In this document: positions 52,001 to 62,673 of the stretch, one piece after another | Layout of the letters: each line of letters starts with the position of its first letter | How positions within the stretch are numbered: the stretch's first letter is position 1 | Source of the DNA: Azolla caroliniana | Taxonomy: Eukaryota > Plantae > Polypodiophyta | Direction: 5' to 3' | Assembly: GCA_043228905.1 (NCBI GenBank) | Contig: JBHGNT010000001.1 | Location: forward strand, 12,214,001-12,278,000 | DNA length: 64,000 nt | Made by a program: the position numbers and the translations under genes | Notes under the pieces: model-generated | Seen by the model: only the letters and a program-made list of their open reading frames with translations | Told to the model about the DNA's origin: nothing | Databases searched by the model: none

Positions 52001-52565
52001 CCTCCGCCGGCAGTAGGAACCCGCCCCCACCGATTTTGAGCTCCCGGAGCGTCCCATCGGTGAAGGTGTGTCCTATGCAGGCCGGATCTCGTAAACTGGG
52101 GTCCGACGCAACCCCTTTGATCCGGGACTCGCTGCCCTCCGGTAAGGCTGCCGCGACTGGCCTTACCTTCTGGTCCACAGTCTTGTACTTTGTGCTAACT
52201 CGGGCCGTCCGATCCGACCCGAGCCCCCGACTGAAGTTCGCGATGACTTCGTACATCTCTTCGGAACATACCGGTATCGTCCGGTCTTCGTTAAGGTCTT
52301 CTCCGGCAACCTTCCTCAGCATCCCTAAGGTGTCGTCGAAGGAGACCGCCTCCACGGCTCCGCTGATTTCCTCGTCCGGGCCGAGAACTCCGCACGCTCG
52401 AAGTCGCTCTTCCGCCCTTGTCTTTTCTCGGCCAACGATGCCGACTATCATACACCCTCCGTTGTCGGAGAAGCAAAATCTCCCACCTATCGTACAATCG
52501 TGGGGTCTTCCCCGAGTGTCCGGACTGTCTCGGCCCCACGCCTTGGCAACCCTCTCTAAAAATCC
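49092..52565 (-). CDS. pol of J (RT, RNase H, integrase), entered by a predicted -1 frameshift
   Basis: 1119-aa ORF from ATG 52451; frame stays open back to the slippery site at 52565; LPQGGTNS; FLDD; DTS..KREL; H..CRSCQ; WMVDLV; ADRGEL; NGKVER; WFGPY. Confidence 0.95.
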   Translation of the reverse strand, partial: GFLERVAKAWGRDSPDTRGRPHDCTIGGRFCFSDNGGCMIVGIVGREKTRAEERLRACGVLGPDEEISGAVEAVSFDDTLGMLRKVAGEDLNEDRTIPVCSEEMYEVIANFSRGLGSDRTARVSTKYKTVDQKVRPVAAALPEGSESRIKGVASDPSLRDPACIGHTFTDGTLRELKIGGGGFLLPAEEDRFRRMLGRQGKAFAFSPEEIGCVDPTIVEPMVIFTVPHVPWNLKPIPVPRAHIPKLMELLRQKVDMGILEPSSAPYSNRWFIVPKKNGAMRFIQDLQPVNRVTIRNAGIGPTIDEFTEAFAGRSIYSVSDLYSGYDQFQLAVESRDITTMRTPLGLVRMCTLPQGGTNSVAHMVNAMNKVLRDCIPDITMPFLDDIPIKGCPVEEKDETVGPDGCRRFVEKHIDDCEKVLQRLEDARLTFSGEKSAFGQSEILVVGHLCGPYGRKPSPAKVEAISAMKTNCSSVTVVRRFLGACAFYHIWIPHYAHVVEPLYGLLKKGQRFEWRDEHTGSVRKLKEALTAAPALRKAVYEKGTPVYITVDTSPTGIGWVVNQEDEDGTRFPIRFSAKVLSERQRGYAQVKRELWGIVSAVKADKDYLIGAEVIIETDCLPILGMVSGCATPDLAMLRWIAYIKSLDPEIRHISGKDNAMADMLSRARFDDEGGMVSEDEEVGVDFFEAAYVTTDGTSTPALNDFDESKYDSEWLQIGGFLRTMTPDASWTKDEANRIRKKAYQFFLRDGYLWKHPKKRDGTPLRVVAMKEEQEELLTAYHDSPWAEHRGTWATFEKIKGKYWWPGLYWDVHRFVITCRSCQMHSVVRHRDELHPTYPPTIHFKWMVDLVTMPMGVGQMRYMVLAREDLTNQVEGRALQNKTTAAVCWFLIEDVICRYGCVGKIVADRGELDAEEAEELFDRLGVKLSLTTAYNPEANGKVERRHGPIVKALVRACGGRVGNWPRLLPYALWADRTTHNSVTGFMPAELMFGQKPVMPMERTISSWATEDWRNEMSREDLLAARIRQLERRPEDVERAAERLRVARTRNKARFDRTHRLRPKKIEEGDWALVYDSSLDNHHRATRKFARRWFGPYVVQSANDNGTYHLAELDGTRVAIPVAGKRIKAFKKRHDDEPDPVDLDRDDERSETEEEPTGGE

Positions 52566-54682
52566 TCCCGGTTCTCGCCACCGAGGGATTCGCGGTTTCT
52601 CTCGTGGTTCGGCCGCACCGTCAAAAATTGCACCGAATGGCGCCCGTCCTGGCTTTTGACCCTCGCGTAGGCCGAACCGTTGTCCAGCACGTTGGTCTCC
52701 ATTCTTGCCGCCGTGATGTATGGTTCCCCTAATATGACCGGATGCGAGGACATCTCCTGTACGAAGAAGTGCTGGTCAATCTCGACGTCGCCGATCTTTA
52801 CTCGCACATTCGGGCAGGCCCCGTGCAGTTCCTCGGTGGCGCGCGTCGCCGCCCGTATCTTCCACCCGTGCCTGGTGTTGATCGGCCATTTTCCCTTCTT
52901 ATAGAAGTCCATGGACATTAGGTTTATTTCCAAACCGTGGTCCACCAACGCCACCACCGGTTCCTGAACATCTCCGATCTTTACCGGGGTCTCCGTGGTT
53001 GCTCGGGCCCAGTGTGGCCTCGAATAGTGGCTCTCCGCCCACTCATCTTCCAGCGCCGAGTCGTCGATGTGCGTCGTCCGCACCTCCACCGGTCTTTCCG
53101 GTTCCGTCTCCGTCGACAGTCTCTTCCGTTTCACCAAGTCTACAATGGAGTCGTGGAACTCCTTCTTGGCGATCCCTAGCACCTCCCGTAACGACAACTC
53201 CACTTTGCTGTCGAGGATCCGTTCTTCTAGGACCTTTTGTAGGTCCGTAGTCCTTTCTATTTCTGTCCCCAGTCGGTATCCGCCCTTCCTGGGGTTGTCT
53301 TGCGAGCTGGACCCGCCGGCATCGTTCCGTTGTTGCCCGAATCGGGTCTCGTACCGTTGTGAGGGCCCGGCCGCTCCGGCTTTCCCCACTCGCTTGTCTT
53401 CTACCAGAGCCTCGTAGTTCCGGCAAGTGGCTTCTACGAAGCCCGTCTTCTCCTCGACCGGATCGCTCCACCCGGTTATTTCCCGGACCCGTCTCTCAGC
53501 ACGGTCCGTTTCGTCTTTCCTTGGCCGTGCGCCGGCAAGACCTTCCAGCATTGCCGACCAGAATCCGTCTTTGCCCTCCTTTCGGGCCTCGCTGCCCCCG
53601 ACCTGAATGCCGGCCGACGCCGAGTAGTGGATGGCCTCCACGTGTCGGGCCGCTGCCTCTTCCATCAGTCTCTTCATACCTCCTCGTCCGTCATTTCGGT
53701 TTAGGGCCCTTCTGGTGTCGCTAGCGTGCACCCGGCCTTCCCACAGGTACACCACCCGGTTTCTCAACGCCTCTGCGAAATCGCCGCAGTCCTTCCGAAT
53801 GTGGCCGACCTCGTCGCACCACATGCACCTGTTCCCCGCTGCCGGCCGTCGGTCACGAGCCGGTTCGCCGCCTTCTCTTTGAGTCTGGGCGATCTGGAGA
53901 TCCTTTATCGCCCGCGTCAACTCCTCTAGCGCGGCTCCTCCGGACGAGCCATTGACCATGCTGGTCGAAGCCGGGCCGGTTTCGAGCCATTCCCGGGTTT
54001 CTTCCCTTCGCACTTGCGGTGCCGGTTCAAGCCTCCTTGTTGTAACAGAGCCCGCACCTGCCGCCCTGTTGTCAGCCCATTCTCGTTGTTTGTCGAAACG
54101 GCCACAGACTCTCTTAACCGCAGCCCAGTTGGTTGACAACCCGTCTTCGGTTTCCAGCAAGGAGCCGACTTGATCCCGGTCCCGCTCGTCCACCGACTTG
54201 ACGAACAGTAGGACCCGGCTCGTATCCAGGATAGTTCGGTCAAGCGCTGAAAGGCGCGCAAAGCGTTCTTCGAACTCCCGGAGGAGTGCCGACGCGTTTC
54301 TTCCTTTGCCGGGGGACTCCACCCATTCCATGAAGTCCCGTTTCGAAAGCCGGAGCGCGTCGTCCAGCCCATATTTCTCTAGGAGTCGGCCTTCGAACTC
54401 CTCCCAGGTACGGCTCTCCGCCCGTACCTCGAGCACCTCCGCATGGATGCTCGGCATCGCCACTCGAGGGAACCCGGCAAGATGCCTCTCTTCCGGAATG
54501 TCCCGCATCAGCATTTCCGCCCCGTAGGACGCCAAATACTTCGTAGCATCCTTTCCGCTGAAACGGCCGATCGTACCGACGACCGCCTCAATGGCTCTGT
54601 CGAGGGCACCGGTGCCCTCGCGTGTGCTCAATATCCGATCCACAGCCGAAGCCATGGCCTCTGCAAGATCCGACCCCCTCAT
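52556..54682 (-). CDS. gag-protease ORF of J
   Basis: ATG 54682 (MRGSDLAEA); knuckle CMWCDEVGHIRKDC; aspartic-protease-like ALVDHGLEINLMS and VILGEPY; stop at 52556. Confidence 0.92.
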   Translation of the reverse strand: MRGSDLAEAMASAVDRILSTREGTGALDRAIEAVVGTIGRFSGKDATKYLASYGAEMLMRDIPEERHLAGFPRVAMPSIHAEVLEVRAESRTWEEFEGRLLEKYGLDDALRLSKRDFMEWVESPGKGRNASALLREFEERFARLSALDRTILDTSRVLLFVKSVDERDRDQVGSLLETEDGLSTNWAAVKRVCGRFDKQREWADNRAAGAGSVTTRRLEPAPQVRREETREWLETGPASTSMVNGSSGGAALEELTRAIKDLQIAQTQREGGEPARDRRPAAGNRCMWCDEVGHIRKDCGDFAEALRNRVVYLWEGRVHASDTRRALNRNDGRGGMKRLMEEAAARHVEAIHYSASAGIQVGGSEARKEGKDGFWSAMLEGLAGARPRKDETDRAERRVREITGWSDPVEEKTGFVEATCRNYEALVEDKRVGKAGAAGPSQRYETRFGQQRNDAGGSSSQDNPRKGGYRLGTEIERTTDLQKVLEERILDSKVELSLREVLGIAKKEFHDSIVDLVKRKRLSTETEPERPVEVRTTHIDDSALEDEWAESHYSRPHWARATTETPVKIGDVQEPVVALVDHGLEINLMSMDFYKKGKWPINTRHGWKIRAATRATEELHGACPNVRVKIGDVEIDQHFFVQEMSSHPVILGEPYITAARMETNVLDNGSAYARVKSQDGRHSVQFLTVRPNHERNRESLGGENREDF

Positions 54683-54789
54683 CTTCTGCTCTTCTGCCGC
54701 CTCTTTCACGTCGGGTTCACCAAATATGTCGAGGTATTCCTCGCGGATGCGTGGAGTGAGGCGGGACCTCGGGGGTCCTGTACCGAAGA

Positions 54790-54823
<34 letters not shown>

Positions 54824-57800
54824 CACTACGTGCGAGCGTAGATTCACAGGGACACGGCCCTTCGACGCAAAGACGCGAATGGGACAACGACACAGAAAGC
54901 CACGAAAGTATGTATGTATTGACAAGACAAACAACAAGAACACGAGGACAACAAAACACGAAGTCGGTTACAACCGAACAGGCCGGCGGACAGATGCCGA
55001 TACCTATTCGTAAACGCACAGAAAGACAGGAACAGGTTGGAGGTGCTGCCGGAAGCAGTCGGGCATTCCTCAGAGCAGCGCGAGCCTCCCGAAACCTACA
55101 CAGAAGGAAGCTCTGGAGTCTGCGAACCAGAGAGAGAGAGAGAGAGAAGCCTTCGCGCCCAATCCGACAGCACTTTGTCCTCGACTCTCCGCGATCCCCT
55201 TTTCTCCTCCTCGTCTCCCTCCTTTTATAGGCTAGGAAGGAGCCGTTTCCCCTTTACTTCCTACCTACCGAATCTGCCCGCCTAGGATCTCCTATGTACA
55301 ACATAAGGCGCACGTGCATGAAGAGCCGGTTCCTACGCTCTGGTGCACCGATTCCGCTTGTGGACGGTTTTCTTCACGACAACGCTTCAATACAATAATT
55401 CTCTTCAATTATCTCTCTATCTCTTTTACTCTCTTTCTCTCTCTCAGTCTTGACAGTTTGAACCAATTTCTCTCCTTTCACCTCTTCGTCTTCCACAAAT
55501 CCTAACAAGTTCTCTTCTTCCTTCTCCTCTCCTCTCGTAAGCTATGGAGTCCGTGAGCAAACAAGAATACATGCGTGTTCTTTCTGAGCTCGACATGCTC
55601 ACGAATAAATTTGTGGTATTAGAGCATGAGAATCAAAGGCTACTTGGAGATCTACAACACGTGAGCGCCGAAAAAGCTCAACAATATGAAGAGTTATCAC
55701 AGCGGGTTCATCAACTCGAGGCGACTATATTGTCATTACGTGAGCAAGCGTTGGGGGCTCAGAACTCCCCTAGAGAGCCAAAGATCAGCCTCCCTGCCAA
55801 GTTTGATGGTACGAGGTCTTTATTTCGAGGCTTTTTTATCGATTTACCAAAATGGCACATTTCTTGCCATGTACAAAGTCGATTACTAGTCAAGAGGCGG
55901 CTGATCTCATTATGCGGGAGGTATTTAAGCATCATGGTCTGCCGGATGATATTATTAGTGATCGTGGTCCACAATTCATCTCAAAGTTTTGGAAGCACAT
56001 GTTCAAACTTCTTCACATTTCAGTTAAGCTTTCTTCGAGCTATCATCCTGAAACAAATGGCCAAACAGAGCGTACCAACCAGACATTGGAACAATATCTT
56101 CGTTGTTTCATCAACTATCAACAAGATGATTGGGTTGCTTTTTTGCACTTGGCGGAATTCACTTACAACAACTCAGCCCATTCTTCTACAAGATATTCCC
56201 CATTTTTCGCAAATACGGGCTGTCATCCTTGGTGGATGATGAATGCGCATCCAGAAGTTCCTACCAACCCTGCTGCCAAGGATCGTCTTAGTCGCCTCCA
56301 AGAAATTCAAGCTAACATTCTCCACAATTTGCACGATGCTCAATTTACACACAAGAGGCTTGCCGATCGTCATCGTCTAGACTCCTCAAAAAAGTTCTGC
56401 ATTGGGGATTATGTATGGCTTCTCCAACACAACATCAAGACCACTCGACCTTGCAGTAAATTGGATTACCAACGTTTTGGCCCTTACATGATCACTGGTA
56501 AGATAAGTGATGTTGCATTTCGTCTTGACCTCCCTCCGCACATGCATCTTCATCCGGTGTTTCATGTAATCCCTTTTGGAACCTTATACTACAAGTTCAA
56601 TTCCGGGCCGACTTACGACACCCCCACCACCTATCGAGTTCTTGGACGGGCCTGAATTTGAAGTTGCTGCCGTTCTCGATTCTAAAATCGTGCGCAACAA
56701 GCTGTATTACTTAGTCGATTGGCTAGGTTATACCCCCAATGATCGAACTTGGGAACCTGCAGCAAATCTTTCCAATGCTGCAGAACTCGTCAATGCATTT
56801 CATCGCCAATATCCTTGTAAACCAGGTCCTAATACAAACCCTACGACCCGTGAGACGTGTCGTCGAAGAAGGGGGATAGTGTCATGATAACACTCACATC
56901 ATGCATCGAAAGGATGATGACACTCACATTATGACTCGAAAGGATTTGAACCCACGACCTTGTTGTACACATGTCAAATCCTTAACCATTGTATTAATAT
57001 TCTTATATATATAGTCTCTAGAATATGAAATCTAATATCATAGGAATATTCTATATTACTCTACATTCTAGAATGACCTAGAATATTCTAGAGTGTTCTA
57101 TACCACTAGAACCTTCTAGAATACTCTAGAGATCTTCTAGATTACTCTACATTCTAGGATAACCTAGAATATTCTAGAGTGTTCTCTATTACTTATAAAT
57201 AGGGATCTACCACCCATCCCAAACCTAAATTGGTTCAACGCCATTTTGTAGCCTACTCTTTGTAATCCATTTTACGCTTCAATACAATAATTCTCTTCAA
57301 TTATCTCTCTATCTCTTTTTCTCTCTTTCTCTCTCTCAGTCTTGACATCGACTGGCTCAAGGCGTCGGGCAGGTGGCCAAGACCTCGTGGTGCGAAAGGG
57401 CGCCGTAACGGCGGCTGGTGGTTACCTTCAACGAAGTTCGCTGTGCACTCACAGCTGTAACCGGGCGTGCCAAATTGTCTTGCCCGTTCCTTTGGGTGAA
57501 CACCTTCGATAGATCTGCGGCTATCGGTATTCAAGGGCGTGGTACATAACAGAGGCGTCGTGAGGGAGAAAATTATCAGAGATAAAACACTAGCGAGATC
57601 TTGATAGGCGTGGGCAGCGCTGAAATCATAGGTATGAACCAAAGCACAGACACATGGAGCAAAATGGGCACAAATCAGATATATTACTGCGACAGAAAAA
57701 AGATTACAGAACACGGCCTACGGCCGGTGACCTTATAGGATTATCTAGTTACGATGGACTAAGCTAGTGCTTTCGCCTATATTTTTCTCTCTCTCGCTCT

Positions 57801-60800
57801 GAGGTACTGAACCTCGTTGAAATAACGTTTCCCCTAATACACAACCGAGCCGTTGGTGGCCCGTGATACTCGGCCTCGGTGCTCGGTTACACTACCGCCG
57901 TTTGCTAATTTCCTAATTTTACATTTCTGTCCTTTGGACAACACTCGGTTCCCTCTCGGACAGTTGGGAGATGTAGTTGTCCCTAGCAAGGGTAAAATTA
58001 AGCTTGCTAGATGAAGAAGCTCGCTGAAAGGACCGGGAGCCCGGATCCGATCCGAAGGCCTTGGTTACAAAAGATGACCACAACTAGGGAAGAGGCCGGT
58101 ATCGGAGTCCCCAAAACCGGGACAAATTGGGGACGAGGTCGAAGTCAAGGGGAAGACCCACTTTCTTTTATTGCGGAAAGCCGAGGCATTTCTAGAAGAT
58201 TTACCGACACTTCCGAAAATCCAAAGGGGGAGCCGACGGTACAGAACCGAAGAAGATTTCGGAGAGAAAAGGAATGTCAGCGATCGCGACAGCTGAAGAG
58301 GAACTAATGCTCATCACTGAGGAGAATGAGTTAAACCTTGTCGGCGACGAGATAACGTGGGTTGTCGATTCCGGAGCATCGTTCCATCTGACACCAGACC
58401 GGAAATGCTTCTCATCCTACACAACCGGAGATCACGATTGTGTCTGGATTGGGAATGAAGGCACATGTCGAATCGTCAGCATAGGAGATGTGTGGTTAAC
58501 TATATCAACCAGGTGCAAGTTGCTGTTGAAGGATGTCCAACACTTTCCAAAGGTTCGTTTGAAACTGATATCAACCGATTGGCTAGATGATGAGGGCTAC
58601 ACGGGTAGCATCCGGAATGGAGTCATGAAATTCAACAAATGTGTCCGGATTGTGGCTCGAGCCCGGAAGATCAATATGTTTTACCTGATGCATGCCCGGA
58701 TATGCAGGGAAGAACTGAATGTAGTATCTGACACTGCCGGTGAGCCGTGACACAAGAGACTGTGTCATATGAGCTAAAAGGGGATTAGAAGACTTGCCGA
58801 AGTCAACCTCATTCCGGAGGTGAAAGACGTGCATGTTGAGAAGTGCACCGATTGCTTGGTCGGCAAGCAAAACCGAACCTCCTTCCGGTCAAGACCACCG
58901 ATGAGACGGAATGCACCACTTGAGCTGGTGCATACCGATGTGTGTCAAGTGGACACGAAGTCACATGCCGGATCACAGTACTTTGTGACGTTCATAGATG
59001 ACCACAGCAGGAAGTTGTGGGTCTCACCGTTGAAGACGAAGGATCAGATGTTGTCTATCTTTAAGGAACTCCACACGAGAGTGGAAAGAGAAACCGGTTG
59101 GAAGCTAAATGCGGTTCGAGCAGATAACGGAGGAGAGTACCGAGGGCAATTCTAGGAGTACTGTCAATCGAAGGGAATCCGGCTCAAATTCACCGTGCCG
59201 AAGATGCCAGAACTAAACGGGTTGGCCGAATGGATGAACCAGACCGTGATTGAGAGAGTCCGGAGCATGTTGGGACATGCAAAGCTACCCAAGATGTTTT
59301 GGGTTGAGGCATTGATGACAGCAACATATGTGATAAATAGATCACCCTCAGCACCCTTGGACGAAGACACACCACAGGTGTTCGAGTGTCTTGCATATGT
59401 GCATGTTGCAAAGGAGAAGAGAGAAAAGTTGGATCCGAAGTCCAGACCATGCATATTCCTCGGATATGGTGATGATGAGTTCGGTTACCGGGTGTGGGAT
59501 TTGGTCGACAAGAAGGTGTTCCGGAGTCGGGACATAGTCTTCATGGAAGACATGACCATTGCCGACTGGGAGTCGGAGAAGAAGGTGACGAACTCTAGAT
59601 CATCCAATGAAAACCCGCTTGAGGACACAAGGACTTACTTGGTTGAAAATCGGATGATAGCAGGTAATCGGATGACACTCGACGAACCAGCCAGATTTGG
59701 ACAAGAAACTGAACCGACCGAAGAAGAAGACACTAGAACCAGACAAGATCGTGAATCGGATTCGGATGAAGAACATACGGAGGAACCGTTAGTCAGAAAC
59801 CAAGGACGAAGATACCCTCTCAGAGAGAGAAGAGCCCCCCGGAGATTTCCGGATGTAGAGCACGTATTGCTGACCAATGAGGGGGAGCCGGAGCGCTTCG
59901 AAGAAGCAAAGAAAGACACCACAGCCGCAAGTGGTTAAGTGCCATGCAGGATGAGATGGATTCCCTGCATGAGAACCACACATATGAATTGACGGAATTG
60001 CCGAAAGGAAAGAGAGAACTCTAGAATAAGTGGGTGTCCAAGCTGAAACTGGGAGACGCCGGAAATCCACCGAGGTACAAGGCCCGGATCATGGTCAAGG
60101 GTTTCCAGCAAAAGAAAGGTGTGGATTTCGATGAGATTTTGCCCTAGTAGTAAAGATGACATCCATCCAGACGGTATTGAGCATAGTGGCAAGCATGGAC
60201 CTCGAGGTAGAGCAACTGGACGTCAAGACGACATTCCTACATGGCGACCTCGAAGAAGAGATCTACATGCATCAACCAGAAGGATTTGAGTGGAAAGGGA
60301 ATGAGCACTTGGTATGTCGGCTAAAGAAGAGCTGATACAGATTGAAGCAAACTCCCCATCAATGGTACCGGAAGTTCGACTCCTTCATGATAGATCAAGG
60401 ATACCACAAGACGCAAGCCGATCACTACGTGTTTGTGAAGAAATTTGATGGAGGAGATTTCCCGATATTGCTCCTGTACGTGGACGACATGTTGATCGTC
60501 GAACGAGACCAAGTCAAGATATGAATGTTGAAGGCCCTAAACCGGACCTTCTCAATGAAAGATTTGGGTCTAGCAAGACAGATATTAGGGATGCACATAA
60601 TCCGGGACCGGTTGGAGAAGCTGTTGTGGTTGTCACAGGAGAAGTACGTGACAAAGGTGCTTCAAAGGTTCAACATGTCGGAGGTGAAACCGGTCGGAGG
60701 CGCAACCGGTTGAATTGACACTTCTGGCAAATTGCAAGTTGTTCGGAAAGCAGAGCCCGAAGACAAAGGCAGAGAAGTTGGATATGACAAAGATACCATA

Positions 60801-61651
60801 TGCCTCTCCCGTCGGAAGCTTAATGTACGCAATGGTGTGCACCCGGCCGGATATTGCATATGTTGTCGGAGTTGTCAATCGGTTCATGAGCAACCCGTGA
60901 AGAGAGCACTGGAACGCGGTCAAGTGGATACTCCAGTATCTAAAAGGCACCTCAAGTATATGCCTCCGGTTTGGTTTTGGTAAACCCCAACTTGATGGAT
61001 TCACGGATTCGGATATGTTGGTTGATGCGGATACCAGTCGGTCTACATCCGGATATGTCATGACTTATGCAGGGGGAGCTTGCTAGGAATTCGGTCCCTC
61101 CGGATGGGATCTGGATGAGAACCGGAGGAGTCGGATCGGACGAGCCGGATGAAGGAACCAGATCCAGAAGGGTTCTGGATGAGACCCAGAAACTGGATTG
61201 AGTGAATCTGGATGGATCTGGTGCAAACCGGATCCAAGGACATATGTGTAAATAGGTTTCATGGTGATCCCATCGAGGCTATATTTGTATATATCCCTAA
61301 AGTCATATAAGTATAAATATGACTTAGGGCATTCACTTTATTATACATGGTGTAGTAGTGATTTGTATCATTGTTGTACACAGAGTGTGAGAAAACGAGC
61401 GAGAGAGAGAGAGAGATACAGAACTAGTTTCTGTTGTAACCGCCGGTTGGCAAAGACATGAGCTCGAGGTCGTTGCCTCTGAGTCTCACATTGTATTCCT
61501 CCCCTCATAGTGATAGTTGGAGTCAGTGGGCTCCCGTTGTTTTTCCCATTTAGGGTTTTCAACGTTAACACCCTATTTCATCTCCGTCTTAGTCTGTTCT
61601 CTTCTATTCCTTGTTGAAGAATCGGTTGTGGTCGAGCGTTATTTCTGTACA

Positions 61652-61931
61652 GAGAGGGTATCAGAGCGAACAAGAAAATGGAAGAGTCATTCGGAAGCAT
61701 GTTCAAGCTCACTAGCTCCAACTATCCAGTGTGGAAGTCGAAGATGAGGGACATGGTCGTGGTCAAAGATCTCTGGTTGCCGGTACAATTTGGGGACAAG
61801 AAACCGGATAAGATCGATGCCGCGACATGGGAGGTGATGGACATGAAGACGGCGGCGTACATCCGGTGCTTCATCGACATGAGCCTATATGACAACTTTA
61901 ATGAAGAAAGTAAAGCTCATGTGCTCTGGGA
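61652..61931 (+). mobile_element. Second PBS plus gag 5' fragment directly after the 3' LTR of G
   Basis: GAGAGGGTATCAGAGC..ATGGAAGAGTCATTCGG, a near copy of 37341-37620. Confidence 0.9.
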
Positions 61932-62673
61932 TAGTCTCATATGCTATGTTCACTTCTCCCCGGCATATCCGGGCATGCATCAGGTACAAGGTTTTGATCT
62001 TCCGGGCTCTAGTAACTATTAGCCTTCCTTTGCTGAATTTCATGACTCCATTCCGGATGCTACTTGTGTAGCCTTCATCATCTAGCCGACCGCCTGATAT
62101 CATGTTGAACTGAATCTCCGGGACGTGTCGGACGTCCTTTAACATCCACTTGCATCCAGTTGATGTCGTCGGTCCGGTGTCAAGTGGAACGATGGTCCGG
62201 AATCAACAACCCTGGCAAGGTTTAACTCATTCTCCTTTGTGATGAGCATCAATTCTTCTTCACTTGTTGCGATCGCTGACGTTCCTTTCCAATTCGGACC
62301 TCTCCGGTCCGAACCGTTTCGGTCCGAACTCTTCTTTGGATCGATGGTGTCGGCCCCTTTCTCTTTCCGGAAATGCCGACAGTTCTTCTAGAAGTGCCCC
62401 GACTTCCCATAGTAGAAGCAAGTAGGCCTCCCCTTGACTTTGATCTTGTCCCCGATTTGTCCCGGTTTTGGAGACTCCGATTTCGGCCTCTTCCCCAGTT
62501 ATGGTCATCTTCCCCGATTTTGTCCTAGAGCACATGAGCCTTACTTTCTTCATTGAAGTTGTTGTATTGACTCATGTCGATGAAGCAGCATATGTATGTC
62601 TTCGTCTTCATGTGCATCACCTCCCATGTCGTGGCATCGATCTTATCCGGTTTCTTGTCCCCGAATTGTACTG
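61932..62673 (-). mobile_element. Multiply deleted copia 5' fragment (gag, knuckle, protease, pre-integrase), probably the remainder of F
   Basis: Minus: PVQFGDKKPDKID..; knuckle remnant; LKDVRHVPE..LYLMHARICR; forms an inverted repeat with 61781-61931. Confidence 0.8.

Larger units (their letters stand above)
48343..55381 (-). mobile_element. Structurally intact non-chromoviral Ty3/gypsy element J
   Basis: LTRs 48343-49019 and 54727-55381; 4-bp TSD ACAC/ACGC; 18-nt PBS TGGTGAACCCGACGTGAA (tRNA-Trp type); two uninterrupted ORFs. Confidence 0.97.
47945..57347 (+). mobile_element. Internally deleted chromovirus I (Tcn1/Tf1-like); 5' LTR split by J
   Basis: 5' LTR 47945-48342 plus 55382-55455; 3' LTR 56880-57347; flanks TCGAG/TCGAC; gag N-terminus (55544-~55836) joined directly to integrase C-half and chromodomain (LYYLVDWLGYTPNDRTWEP); PPT GAAGAAGGGGGATAG. 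Confidence 0.93.
37813..57943 (-). mobile_element. Non-chromoviral Ty3/gypsy element H (Athila-like pol) with an extra 3' ORF
   Basis: LTRs 37813-38288 and 57476-57943; perfect 5-bp TSD CTCGG; PBS TGGCACGCCCGGT (tRNA-Arg type); gag-PR-RT-RH-INT on minus; contains a solo LTR and elements I and J. Confidence 0.95.
36771..61651 (+). mobile_element. Ty1/copia element G (related to F), split by gypsy H; RNase H C-terminus deleted
   Basis: 5' LTR 36771-37340; PBS GGTATCAGAGC; gag 37367-37812 resuming at 57949 (ALLLLG|SLSDSWE); protease WVVDSGASFH; integrase; RT LLYVDDM; 3' LTR 61081-61651; flanks GAGAG/GAGAG. Confidence 0.93.
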
